Program-made: the position numbers and the translations under genes
Notes under the pieces: model-generated
Database searches by the model: none
What the model was told of the DNA's origin: nothing
What the model saw: only the letters and a program-made list of their open reading frames with translations
Shown here: one piece after another, positions 43,325 through 52,813 of the stretch
Layout: the number at the start of each line of letters is the position of its first letter
Position numbering within the stretch: the stretch's first letter is position 1
Source: Collinsella sp.
GTDB taxonomy: Bacteria > Actinomycetota > Coriobacteriia > Coriobacteriales > Coriobacteriaceae
Direction: 5' to 3'
Length of the DNA stretch: 64,000 nucleotides
Assembly: GCA_036304725.1 (NCBI GenBank)
Contig: JAXIYC010000063.1
Coordinates: 7,304 to 71,303, forward strand

Positions 43325-45352
43325 ATGGAACAAAAGGCCAAGGAGGCAGCCTCGCACGCTGCGATTCCTGTGAGCATCTCGGCGATGCTCGTCACGCTGG
43401 GCGTGGTGTATGGCGATATCGGCACCAGCCCTATGTATGTAACCAAGGCGCTCGTTGCCGGCAACGGCGGCATCGGAAGCGTTACGGAGGAGTTCGTGCT
43501 CGGCGCGCTCTCCCTTGTCGTGTGGACGGTCACGCTGCTGACGACCGTCAAGTACGTGCTGATCTCGCTGCGCGCCGACAACCACGGCGAGGGCGGTATC
43601 TTTGCCCTGTACAGCCTGGTCAAGCGCTGCGGCAAGTGGCTTATCATCCCCGCCATGCTGGGCGGCGCGGCGCTGCTCGCCGACGGCATCCTGACGCCTG
43701 CCGTTACCGTGACCACGGCCATCGAGGGCCTGCGCACCATTCCGGCGGTCCATGCCGTGCTCGGTGACGACCAGGGCCGCGTTGTCGCCATCACGCTCGC
43801 CATCATCATCGCGCTCTTCTTGGTGCAGCGCATCGGCACGGCCAAGATTGGCCACGCCTTTGGCCCCATCATGACGCTGTGGTTTTTGTTCCTGGGCGGT
43901 ACGGGTCTGTTCTTTGTCTTCCAGCACCCCGCCGTGCTGCTGTGCCTCAACCCGGTGCGCGGCATCGCCTTTTTGCTGAGCCCCAACAACCACGCGGGCA
44001 TCATGATCCTGGGCAGCTGCTTCCTCGCCACCACCGGTGCCGAGGCGCTCTACTCCGACATGGGCCACGTCGGCCGCGGCAACATCTACGCTACCTGGCC
44101 GTTCGTTAAGTGCTGCCTGCTGCTTTCCTATATGGGCCAGGGCGCTTGGCTTATGAACAACGCTGCCAACCCCGAGCTCATGGGCATTGCCGATCTCAAC
44201 CCGTTCTACCAGATGCTCGCCCCGGGCCTGCGCCCGTTTGCCGTCGGCCTTTCCACCGTCGCGGCCATCATTGCCTCGCAGGCGCTCATCACCGGCGCAT
44301 TCTCGCTGGTGTCCGAGGCCAGCCGTCTGGACCTCATGCCGCACATGCAGGTCTTCTACCCTGCCGAGACCAAAGGCCAGCTCTACATCCCCATGGTCAA
44401 CAACGTCATGCTCGTGGGCTGCGTCATCGTGGTGCTGCTGTTCCAGAACTCGGCACACATGGAGGCCGCTTACGGCCTTGCCATTACGCTGACTATGATG
44501 TGCACCACGCTGCTGCTCTTCTTCTACCTGCACGAGGAGCGCAAGCTCAAGGTTGCTCCGTGGATCTTCGCGGCCTTCTTCCTTTTGCTCGAAGGCTTCT
44601 TCTTCGTGAGCTCGCTCACCAAGTTCTTCCACGGCGGCTACTTCACCATCCTCATGGCTGCACTCATCATGGGCATTATGGTGTGCTGGTACAATGGCAC
44701 GGCGGTCGAGCAGCGCCAGTTTACGCTGCTGCCGCTGCGCAGCTATCTGCCGCAGCTCAAGCGCCTGCGCGACGACGACCGTTACGAGCGCATGAGCGAC
44801 AACATCGTGTACCTGACCAAGGACACCCATACCGATTACATCGACCGTGATATCGTCTACTCGATCTTGGACAAGCATCCCAAGCGTGCTCGCGCCTGGT
44901 GGTTCGTGAACGTCGAGACCATGGACGAGCCGCATACCTTTGCCTATTCGGTCGAGACGTTCGGCACCGACTATGTTTTCCGCGTGCATCTGTACCTGGG
45001 CTACAAGATTAACCAGCGCGTCAATGCCTACCTGCGTCAGGTCGTTCAGGACCTGGCTGCCACCGGCGAGCTGCCGGCGCAGACGCATGACTACTCGGTC
45101 TACAAGGATCCGGGCAACATCGGTACGTTCAAGTTCGTCCTGATCCGTAAGCTTCTGGCGCCCGAAAGCGATGTGGAGCCGAGCGAGCGTACGGCCATCA
45201 CGCTCAAGTACATCATTCGTCGCGCCGCCGGCACGCCTGCACGCTGGTACGGCCTGGAGAACTCCAACGTGAGCTTTGAGTACGTGCCGCTGTTCACCAA
45301 GTTCAAGGCCGTGAACAAGATGCAACGCCTGGCTCCCAACGAGCGCCCGTAG
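43325..45352 (+). CDS. kup: KUP/HAK/KT family potassium transporter
   Basis: VYGDIGTSPMYV signature, 12-TM core and a cytoplasmic C-terminal domain. ATG 43325 is preceded by GGGAGGAAA. Confidence 0.93.
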   Translation: MEQKAKEAASHAAIPVSISAMLVTLGVVYGDIGTSPMYVTKALVAGNGGIGSVTEEFVLGALSLVVWTVTLLTTVKYVLISLRADNHGEGGIFALYSLVKRCGKWLIIPAMLGGAALLADGILTPAVTVTTAIEGLRTIPAVHAVLGDDQGRVVAITLAIIIALFLVQRIGTAKIGHAFGPIMTLWFLFLGGTGLFFVFQHPAVLLCLNPVRGIAFLLSPNNHAGIMILGSCFLATTGAEALYSDMGHVGRGNIYATWPFVKCCLLLSYMGQGAWLMNNAANPELMGIADLNPFYQMLAPGLRPFAVGLSTVAAIIASQALITGAFSLVSEASRLDLMPHMQVFYPAETKGQLYIPMVNNVMLVGCVIVVLLFQNSAHMEAAYGLAITLTMMCTTLLLFFYLHEERKLKVAPWIFAAFFLLLEGFFFVSSLTKFFHGGYFTILMAALIMGIMVCWYNGTAVEQRQFTLLPLRSYLPQLKRLRDDDRYERMSDNIVYLTKDTHTDYIDRDIVYSILDKHPKRARAWWFVNVETMDEPHTFAYSVETFGTDYVFRVHLYLGYKINQRVNAYLRQVVQDLAATGELPAQTHDYSVYKDPGNIGTFKFVLIRKLLAPESDVEPSERTAITLKYIIRRAAGTPARWYGLENSNVSFEYVPLFTKFKAVNKMQRLAPNERP

Positions 45353-45383
45353 GCGCCGACAGGTTGCACGGAGTTGGTTTTCG

Positions 45384-45608
45384 ATGGACAAGATTGGGGC
45401 CGGGGAGGTAAACATGGATACAAAGGCGCTCGATGGCCATGAGGCGGTGGTCGAAATGGTGCGTGAGGCGCGCGTCGACGCCGCCGAAGATCGGTTCTTT
45501 ACGAATCGTGCCAACATGGATATGGCCGATCGCGTAATTTCGATCGTGGCGCTGGTATTTGGAGCGGTGTGCGTGTGTGCCCTGCTCGCGCACGTGCTGT
45601 TTGTCTAG
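45384..45608 (+). CDS. hypothetical small tail-anchored membrane protein (74 aa)
   Basis: The ORF has a charged N-terminal half and a C-terminal hydrophobic helix (VISIVALVFGAVCVCALLAHVLFV). It starts 31 nt after kup and is followed by a strong terminator. An ATG at 45414 is an alternative start. I recognised no family. Confidence 0.4.
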   Translation: MDKIGAGEVNMDTKALDGHEAVVEMVREARVDAAEDRFFTNRANMDMADRVISIVALVFGAVCVCALLAHVLFV

Positions 45609-45653
45609 CGACCGCAGGCTGCAAAGGCTTTACACTTGGAACCACCACAAGGG

Positions 45654-45699
45654 AAACCACCACAAAGGTGCCTGTCCCTTTGTGGTGGTTTTTGTTTTT
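45654..45699 (+). terminator. intrinsic terminator (also a member of the CCACCACAAAGG hairpin family)
   Basis: Perfect 15-bp stem AAACCACCACAAAGG / CCTTTGTGGTGGTTT with loop TGCCTGTC, followed by TTGTTTTTG. Confidence 0.85.
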
Positions 45700-45719
45700 G
45701 AGAGAGGGGCGGGGCACTG

Positions 45720-47345
45720 ATGGACGTCCGTACGGACGGCGATATTGCCGATAGCTTTTGGTGGCGGCGCACAACGCTGACGCGCCGCACTCCTCTGTAT
45801 GACGCCTGCGTATCGGTGGGGCTGCTGGTCGCGGCGACGATTGTGGGCGCGCTGCTCGACCATCCGGGTCTCGCGCCGAGCATCATGATCGTCTATGTGT
45901 TCGCCGTTCAGCTGTGCGCATTCTTTACCTGGAGTCGCCTGTATTGCTTGCTGAGCTCGGCTGCCGCCGTGGCGCTCTACAACTTCTTGTTTGTCGACCC
46001 GCGCTACTCGCTGTCGCTTATCGACCGCGGCTATCCCGGCATGTTCTTCATCATGTTCGTGGTCTCGCTTGTGTCGAGCTCGATTGCGTTGGCCCTGCGC
46101 CGCGCCTTGGCACAGGCTGCCGCCAGCGACCGCCGCACGCATATGGTGCTCGAGACCAACCGCATGCTGCAGCGGTGCGCCGACGAGCAGCAGATCGTTC
46201 ACGCCATGGCAACGCAGCTGGCGCGCCTTTCGGGCTGTCCGGTCGTGTGGTACAGCGCCGATGCCGAGGGCGATGACCTGCTGCCGCGTGCGACATACAC
46301 GGCCGTGGGCGATGCCGCACCGGTGCACGAACTGGCGCCGCAGATGCCGCCGCGGCTCTCGGCGTCCGCCTATGTGGGAACGCCGCTCGACGCCACGTTT
46401 GGCGGCTCGGCGTTTTATGGCATCTACCTGACGGTTCGCACAGGCGACGGCTTCGCGCGCTCGGGCGACCCCGCCTCGGTGGTGGGCGTGCTGGCTATCG
46501 TTGCCGAACCCGACGTGCTGACGCACGAGGAGCGAACACTTGCCGATGCCATCGTGAGCGAAGGCGAGCTGGCACTCGATCGCGCCCGCGCCATGGAGGC
46601 CCGCGAGGAGGCGGCGGTGCTTGCCAAAAATGAGCAGCTGCGCGCCAACCTGCTGCGCTCCATCTCGCACGATCTGCGTACGCCGCTCACCAGTATTTCG
46701 GGCAATGCCGATGTCCTGCTCGACCAAGGCTCGACCGGCACCGCCGTGCTCGATGCCCAGACGCGCCGCGGCCTGCTGCTATCCATTCGCTCGGATGCGC
46801 TGTGGCTCAACGCCACCGTCGAGAACCTGCTCGCCATCACCAAGCTCGAGGGTGGCGGTATGCGCCTGTCGACCACACTCGAGCTCATGGACGATATCGT
46901 CGAGGAGGCGCTGCGCCACGTGAACCCTGCCGTGCGCGAGCACGACCTTAAGGTGGTGGCGTGCGATGAGCCGGCGCTCGTCAACGTCGATGCGCGCCTG
47001 ATGGTGCAGCTGGTGGTCAATCTGGTGAACAACGCCATCACTTATACGCCCGCAGGCTCGCATATCGTGATTTCGATTGGCGTAGACGATGGATGCGTGG
47101 CGTGCTCGGTTGCCGATGACGGTCCGGGCATCGCACCCGAGGATCGCGAGCGCATCTTTGAGTCGTTCTACACCGCCAACCACGGTTTGGCCGACAGCCA
47201 CCGAAGCGTGGGCCTGGGGCTTTCGCTCTGCCGCTCCATTGCGCTGGCACATGGCGGTAGCATAGAGGTTACCGCGGCGGATCCGCACGGCTCGGTCTTT
47301 ACGATTGAGCTTCCCGCCGCCGATGTTTCGTTTGATAAGGAGTAG
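45720..47345 (+). CDS. KdpD-like sensor histidine kinase lacking the N-terminal KdpD/Usp sensor module
   Basis: KdpD-type 4-TM region (ALYNFLFVDPRYSL), a GAF-like segment, H-box SHDLRTPLTSISG, and ATP-binding boxes LVNNAITYT, DDGPGI and GLGLSLC. Confidence 0.85.
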   Translation: MDVRTDGDIADSFWWRRTTLTRRTPLYDACVSVGLLVAATIVGALLDHPGLAPSIMIVYVFAVQLCAFFTWSRLYCLLSSAAAVALYNFLFVDPRYSLSLIDRGYPGMFFIMFVVSLVSSSIALALRRALAQAAASDRRTHMVLETNRMLQRCADEQQIVHAMATQLARLSGCPVVWYSADAEGDDLLPRATYTAVGDAAPVHELAPQMPPRLSASAYVGTPLDATFGGSAFYGIYLTVRTGDGFARSGDPASVVGVLAIVAEPDVLTHEERTLADAIVSEGELALDRARAMEAREEAAVLAKNEQLRANLLRSISHDLRTPLTSISGNADVLLDQGSTGTAVLDAQTRRGLLLSIRSDALWLNATVENLLAITKLEGGGMRLSTTLELMDDIVEEALRHVNPAVREHDLKVVACDEPALVNVDARLMVQLVVNLVNNAITYTPAGSHIVISIGVDDGCVACSVADDGPGIAPEDRERIFESFYTANHGLADSHRSVGLGLSLCRSIALAHGGSIEVTAADPHGSVFTIELPAADVSFDKE

Positions 47346-47349
47346 CGCC

Positions 47350-48063
47350 GTGCCGAACTCTGCCGTAAAACCGCTCATCTTGGTCGTTGAGGACGACCCC
47401 GCCGTTCGCAACCTTATCGTTGCCGCGCTCGAGGCGCACGGCCTGCGCCATATGGCTGTGGAGACCGCTCATGCCGCCATCGCCGCCGCCTCGTCGCAGT
47501 CACCGAGTATTGTGCTGCTCGACCTGGGCCTGCCCGATATGGACGGCGTCAAGGTGGTGGAGTCGGTGCGCGCGTGGTCGGGCATGCCGATCATCGTGGT
47601 CTCGGCACGCAGCGAGGATGCGGATAAGATTCGCGCGCTCGATGCCGGCGCCGACGATTACCTGACCAAGCCGTTTTCGGTTGAGGAGCTGCTCGCGCGC
47701 ATCCGCACCACGCTTCGGCGCCTTTCGTATGCGCAGACCGGTGGTGTGGCCTCCGAGGGCTCGTTTGATACCGGCGAGCTGCATATCGATTTTGATGCCG
47801 GCATCGCCACGATGGCGGGCGAGGAGCTGCACCTGACACCCATTGAGTACAAGCTGCTGTGCCTGCTGGCCCATAATGCCGACAAGGTGCTCACGCACCA
47901 GTTTATCCTGCACGAGATTTGGGGAACGGCGACCAAGAGCGACCTGGCGAGCCTGCGTGTCTTTATGGGGACGCTGCGCAAAAAGATCGAGTCCGACCCC
48001 GCGCATCCGCGCTATATCCAGACGCACGTGGGAATCGGCTATCGTCTGGTCACGCACGACTAG
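47350..48063 (+). CDS. OmpR-family response regulator, KdpE-like
   Basis: Receiver ILVVEDDP...LLDLGLPDMDG...SARSEDADKIRALDAGADDYLTKPF plus a winged-helix output domain. GTG 47350 lies just after the kinase stop; the track ATG at 47305 overlaps the kinase gene. Confidence 0.88.
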   Translation: MPNSAVKPLILVVEDDPAVRNLIVAALEAHGLRHMAVETAHAAIAAASSQSPSIVLLDLGLPDMDGVKVVESVRAWSGMPIIVVSARSEDADKIRALDAGADDYLTKPFSVEELLARIRTTLRRLSYAQTGGVASEGSFDTGELHIDFDAGIATMAGEELHLTPIEYKLLCLLAHNADKVLTHQFILHEIWGTATKSDLASLRVFMGTLRKKIESDPAHPRYIQTHVGIGYRLVTHD

Positions 48064-48080
48064 AAACACAGTAAAAGAAA

Positions 48081-48118
48081 AGCGCGGCAAGGGGACGATT
48101 CCCTTGTCGCGCTTTCGG
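48081..48118 (+). terminator. probable terminator after the response regulator gene
   Basis: Stem AGCGCGGCAAGGGGA / TTCCCTTGTCGCGCT followed by a weak TTTCGG tract. A second hairpin (48122-48165, CCCTTGGGGAGGGAA/TTTCCTCCCCAAGG) probably serves the convergent minus-strand gene. Confidence 0.5.
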
Positions 48119-48175
48119 TAGCCCTTGGGGAGGGAAGAGCATGCCCGCCTTTCCTCCCCAAGGAGTCATGGAAGC

Positions 48176-50713
48176 CTACCTGTTCTTAGGTTTGCTGGCG
48201 TAGAACTTTTTCTTTTTTGGCTTAGCGGCGTCACTCGGCTTGCCGCTCCCCGTGGGCGTGGGCCTCAATGCGCTTTGGGGCTTGCGAGCCTCGGGGTTGC
48301 GCAGCTCTTCGACGCGCTCGGCAATCTCCTCGGCGCTAAAGCCTACCTCGGCCATGGCGTCCTCGATGGGCAGGCGACGCACGATATAGCAGTGATGCAC
48401 CTTTTGGTTGCGCGCGAAGTCCTCGGGGATGGTCTGTGCGGTGATGTCCTCCAGCACGACGCCCGCGCGCGCGAGCTTGCGCGTCTCGGGGCGGAAACCG
48501 CGCAGGTTGCAACTAAAGATGGCATGGCCGCCCTGTGCGAGCAGGCGCGACACGCCGGCCAGCAGCTCAACATGGTCGCGCTGGACATCCCAGGTGCGAC
48601 GGCCCATCTTGGACGAGTTGGAAAACGTGGGCGGGTCGACAAAGATCAGGTCCCAGCGGTTGCGCGTCTGGCGCTGGTCGCGAATCCAGGCGAGCACATC
48701 GTCACGCACAAAATGATGCTGCGGGCCCACAAAGCCGTTCTGGCGCATGTTGCGTTCGGCCCAGTCCAGATAGGTGTTGGAAAGGTCGACCGTCACCGTC
48801 TCCTCAACGCCGCCGTCGGCCGCATAGCAGGTGGCGGTGCCGGTGTAGGCAAACAGGTTGAGAAAACGGCGCGCCTGCTTGGCGTGCTCGCGGACCAGGT
48901 TGCGGGTGACGCGGTGATCCAGGAAGATTCCCACGTCCAGGTAGTCGTCAAAGTTGACGGCAAAGGTGAGACCACCCTCCTCGATGAGCGGCAGGCGGCG
49001 GCGCGCGATGTTGGCACGCTCGCCTGAGCCGCCCTTGCCGGCGCCCTGCTTGCCGTACTGCGAGCCGCCGCGCGAACGCATGCGGGCCTTAGCGTGCACG
49101 TGCTCGGCGGGGACATCCAGGATGCGCGGCGCGATGGCCAAAATGTCGAGCATGCGGGCCTGAGCCAGTGCGGGGTCGATCGTTTTGGGCGCGGCGTATT
49201 CGGCGATGACGAGCCAGCGACCCGGCGTCTGCGGGCAACCCTCGTATAGGTCGATGGCGGCGGAGTAATCGGGCAGGTCGGCGTCGTAGACGCGGTAGCA
49301 GGTCACGCCCTCGCGCTTTGCCCACTTGCGGCGCAGGCGGGCGTTCTTGCGCAGGCGGTTGGCGAACTGTTCGGACTCAGGGATCAGCACGGGCAGCGGC
49401 TTGCCGTCACCCAGGTCGAGCGTGGCGGCAGGTTTGGGCATGGCGGCGCTGGCGGCCTCGTCTTCGGTATCCGCGGTCTGCTCCTCGGCATCCATGCCGG
49501 TTGCAGCTTCAAACGCCGCGGCGGCCTGATCAAGCGATGGCCAAACCTCAACGGCGGCTTCCTCGTTATTAGGCATGACGGCGATCGAGCGCGCGGGCTC
49601 GGCATGGAGCGCGCGAGACAGCAGCCCATCGCGGGTGAGCGCGGCGACCGGTGCCGCGGCAAGCTCGGGTGAGCGGCGCAGCTCGCCCACGAGCGTCATG
49701 GCGTCGTGCATGAGCGAAAGCGGGGTCTCGGTGGTATCCGCGACGATGGCGGCGCCGGCGACGGCGCCCGCATGGTCCAGCACAGTGGCAGGCTTGGCGG
49801 CGCAAAAATCGACAAAGCGCTTGTGGCCGGCGCACTTGACCATGCGCTCGGCGGTCTTTCGGGCGGCGGGGTCAACGTCTGCGGCAACGATGCGCGCCTG
49901 GCGCTCGCGGGCTGCGGCCTCGCGTTCGCGCGCCTCGGCAACCAGCTGCTCCCACAGAGCAGCATCGTGCAGCTGCCAGCCCTCAAAGCCCCAGCGCTCG
50001 CGAGCGGCACCCGGGGCGCGGTCGGTCAGGATGCTCGCTGCCTCCAGCAGCAGGCCGCCGCCGGCGCACGAGGCGTCGATCAGCGTGGGCAGGGCCTCGT
50101 TTTCGTAGTCGTCGGCCGTCAGCTTGCGCTCACACAGTGCGGTCCAGCCGACCTGCGCCAGCACCAGGGCGGCGTAGTCGGGGCGCAGCACGTGCGTGCC
50201 CTCGCCGGCACGGGCTGCGGCGGGCGGCAGGCGCTTGAACAGCGGATCGCCCGAAAGGTCCAGGCTCATGCTCGCGCGCTGCTGGCGCAGCGAGAGCAGC
50301 AGGTGCACATCGGGGTCGGCGGCGTCGACATCGGCGCGATGTCCCGTGGTCTCGGCCAAGCGATCGCACAGAGCATCCTTGGCGCGCAGGGCCGAGAAGC
50401 GCGTGTTGCGCAGCTGCTCGGTCACGCCACGAGCGGTGATGGCGATGGTAGCGCCGGGGCGGACGATGCTTTCCCAGGCAATGTCGTACACACTGTCGTA
50501 CAGCTCGTCGGCATCCTGCGCCTCAAAGCGCGCAAGCACCACAAACACACGGCTTGCCAGGCGCGACCACAGGCATGCGCGATAGCCCTCCTCGAGCTCG
50601 CCCTCAAACGTGGCGCGGCCCTTTAGGCGGCGGACATGCGAAAGCCCGAGCCGTTTAAGCTCGTCGGCGAGTGCGGACTCAAAGCCCTCGGGGCAGCTTG
50701 CGTAAAATTCCAT
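48176..50713 (-). CDS. RlmKL-like bifunctional 23S rRNA methyltransferase (THUMP + two SAM-methyltransferase domains)
   Basis: THUMP-type N-terminus (MEFYASCPEGFESALADELK). The C-terminal methyltransferase has FLNLFAYTGTATCYAADGG and IFVDPPTFSNS. ATG at 50713; the track start at 50947 is upstream, non-homologous sequence. Confidence 0.85.
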   Translation of the reverse strand: MEFYASCPEGFESALADELKRLGLSHVRRLKGRATFEGELEEGYRACLWSRLASRVFVVLARFEAQDADELYDSVYDIAWESIVRPGATIAITARGVTEQLRNTRFSALRAKDALCDRLAETTGHRADVDAADPDVHLLLSLRQQRASMSLDLSGDPLFKRLPPAAARAGEGTHVLRPDYAALVLAQVGWTALCERKLTADDYENEALPTLIDASCAGGGLLLEAASILTDRAPGAARERWGFEGWQLHDAALWEQLVAEAREREAAARERQARIVAADVDPAARKTAERMVKCAGHKRFVDFCAAKPATVLDHAGAVAGAAIVADTTETPLSLMHDAMTLVGELRRSPELAAAPVAALTRDGLLSRALHAEPARSIAVMPNNEEAAVEVWPSLDQAAAAFEAATGMDAEEQTADTEDEAASAAMPKPAATLDLGDGKPLPVLIPESEQFANRLRKNARLRRKWAKREGVTCYRVYDADLPDYSAAIDLYEGCPQTPGRWLVIAEYAAPKTIDPALAQARMLDILAIAPRILDVPAEHVHAKARMRSRGGSQYGKQGAGKGGSGERANIARRRLPLIEEGGLTFAVNFDDYLDVGIFLDHRVTRNLVREHAKQARRFLNLFAYTGTATCYAADGGVEETVTVDLSNTYLDWAERNMRQNGFVGPQHHFVRDDVLAWIRDQRQTRNRWDLIFVDPPTFSNSSKMGRRTWDVQRDHVELLAGVSRLLAQGGHAIFSCNLRGFRPETRKLARAGVVLEDITAQTIPEDFARNQKVHHCYIVRRLPIEDAMAEVGFSAEEIAERVEELRNPEARKPQSALRPTPTGSGKPSDAAKPKKKKFYASKPKNR

Positions 50714-50788
50714 GGGTGACCTCTCTGGTTGCGTCGCTCCATTATATGATGGATGCTCCGTTTGCCCTCGCCCCCGAAAGGAACCCAT

Positions 50789-51616
50789 ATGATTGATGCG
50801 TGCCCCGATTCCGCCGTGCTCTTTTTTGACGTGGACGGCACGCTGACGTCGTTCGATCCCGACGATATGACCGATAAGGACTTTTCGGCGGTCCGTCCTT
50901 CGCAGGCGGTCGTCGAGGCGTTCCATCGTCTGCGCGACGCAGGTCATAAGGCGTTTATCTGCACCGGCCGCCCCCTATGGCTCATCGCCGACAGCCTGCG
51001 CGAGCTGGATCCCGAAGGCATCGTTGCCATGGCGGGCGCCACGCTCGAGGTCGAGGGACGCGTGGTGCACGAGGACTGTTTTGCCGAGGATGTAGCCGAA
51101 GAACTCGCACATCGCATTATCTCGGCAGGATTCGAGGCCTTTTTCGAAACCAATGGAGCGACCTTTGCTCTGGAGCCTGCGGGTATTGAACAGTCGTCTT
51201 TGATCGGCGCTTCCGTGGTGCACGGTGCCGGGGAGATGCGCGTCGACGGTCGTTTGCACGTGGGTAAGGTGTGCCTGAATGCACCCAACTTGGCACGCGT
51301 GGCCAACGACGACGGCTTTATCGAGCGCAATTTCGAGCTGTGCAACACCGGCGGGGAAAACCGTGAACTGAGCCCCAAGGGCATCGACAAGGGCGTGGGC
51401 GTGGCGCGCGCGTTGGAGCACCTGGGTCGCACCGGCAACGCGCGCACCTTTGGCTTTGGCGATTCGGGCAACGACCTGGGCATGCTCGCCGCCGTCGAGA
51501 CGGCCGTTGCCATGGGTAACGCCATGCCCGAGGTCAAGGCAGTCGCCGACTACGTAACCGACGACGTCGCACACGACGGCACGGTTACGGCGATGCGCCA
51601 CTTCGGCTTGATTTAA
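50789..51616 (+). CDS. Cof-type HAD-IIB family phosphatase
   Basis: Motif I is FFDVDGTLT, and the C-terminal motif is GDSGNDLGMLAAVETAVAMGNA. Confidence 0.85.
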   Translation: MIDACPDSAVLFFDVDGTLTSFDPDDMTDKDFSAVRPSQAVVEAFHRLRDAGHKAFICTGRPLWLIADSLRELDPEGIVAMAGATLEVEGRVVHEDCFAEDVAEELAHRIISAGFEAFFETNGATFALEPAGIEQSSLIGASVVHGAGEMRVDGRLHVGKVCLNAPNLARVANDDGFIERNFELCNTGGENRELSPKGIDKGVGVARALEHLGRTGNARTFGFGDSGNDLGMLAAVETAVAMGNAMPEVKAVADYVTDDVAHDGTVTAMRHFGLI

Positions 51617-51661
51617 TAAATGGCCGGTTCGCCCTCGATGTGGGCGAACCGGCCATTTGAG

Positions 51662-52453
51662 TTATTTTGCAAAATAGAGCTTGGGATGACTGCGGCTGCT
51701 TTCGATGGCCGCCGTCATGATGCCCTCATTGTCTCCATCAACGATGATGCCATCGAGGTCATCGATCTGCGCGGACTGATAAAAACTGGTCTTGTTGAAC
51801 TTTCCCTGGTCAACCATCATATAGCCCTGGTTTGAGTTGGTCAGATACATGCTCTTGATCATGGCCGAGAAGTCATGCTCGACGGTAAAGCCGTGGTCGG
51901 GATGGAATCCGTCCGCGCTGACAAATGCCTTGTCGGCATGAAGCTTGCTCATGCAGTCGAGCGTTAGCGCGCCCGCGAGATAAAGGTGACCCTTTCGCAC
52001 GGAGCCGCCTAACAGCACTACCGAAGCATTGGGCAGATTAAAGCTGGCATAGTTTGCGATAGCAAGATCGCCGGTGATGATGGTGATATCGCGTTTGTCC
52101 ATGAGGGCCTTAGTGAAGTAAAAGGCCGTGGTGCCGATGTCGATCACCAGAACGTCGCCATCGTCAACAAGAGTTGCTGCGGTCGCGGCGATTGCCTCCT
52201 TGGCCTCGACTTGGACATTGATGCGCTCTTCGGGATGCGAAATGGCATTGGAACGAGAAAGCGATACCGCTCCGCCACGTACGCGACGCAATTTGCCTTC
52301 CGATTCCAGCGAGACGAGGTCGTGTCGCGCGGTAACTTCCGAAACCGAAAAGCGGCGAACGATGTCGGATACCGAGATATTTGGCTTTTCGGCCAGCCAG
52401 TTCATGATAAATCGCTGACGTTCGGCCGGGGAAAGGTCTGAAGTTGATGCCAT
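51662..52453 (-). CDS. DeoR family transcriptional regulator
   Basis: N-terminal HTH ISVSDIVRRFSVSEVTARHDLVSLESEGKLRRVRGG plus a DeoR C-terminal sugar-phosphate sensor domain. Only the C-terminal 263 codons of the 637-aa track ORF are the real gene (ATG 52453). Confidence 0.88.
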   Translation of the reverse strand: MASTSDLSPAERQRFIMNWLAEKPNISVSDIVRRFSVSEVTARHDLVSLESEGKLRRVRGGAVSLSRSNAISHPEERINVQVEAKEAIAATAATLVDDGDVLVIDIGTTAFYFTKALMDKRDITIITGDLAIANYASFNLPNASVVLLGGSVRKGHLYLAGALTLDCMSKLHADKAFVSADGFHPDHGFTVEHDFSAMIKSMYLTNSNQGYMMVDQGKFNKTSFYQSAQIDDLDGIIVDGDNEGIMTAAIESSRSHPKLYFAK

Positions 52454-52813
52454 AAGTCGCTCCTTTTGAACGAAAGGCAAAAGAAATGCCTTTCGTAATC
52501 GAAATATAACGTATCGATATGAAAAGAACAAGGCGAAATCGAGCGAACGAGATGAATGACACGCCTTGCTTTTATTTGTAATTAGTAGTTGGCCTGACGT
52601 GCAGAATGCCTGCAACAGCCAGTAAAGAGTCTTGCCTGAAAGGTGTTCGAAAAAAAATGAGATACGTTCACGCCCGATAATCGACCGTTCACGGCAAGTT
52701 GGCAATTGAGCTTTCGATATCTTTTGAAGTAGTTTATAAAAGAAAGCCGAAAAGCTTTTGAAACAAAGAAAAAGGCTTTCGATAGCAATAATGCTAGATG
52801 AGAAAGGACCAAC

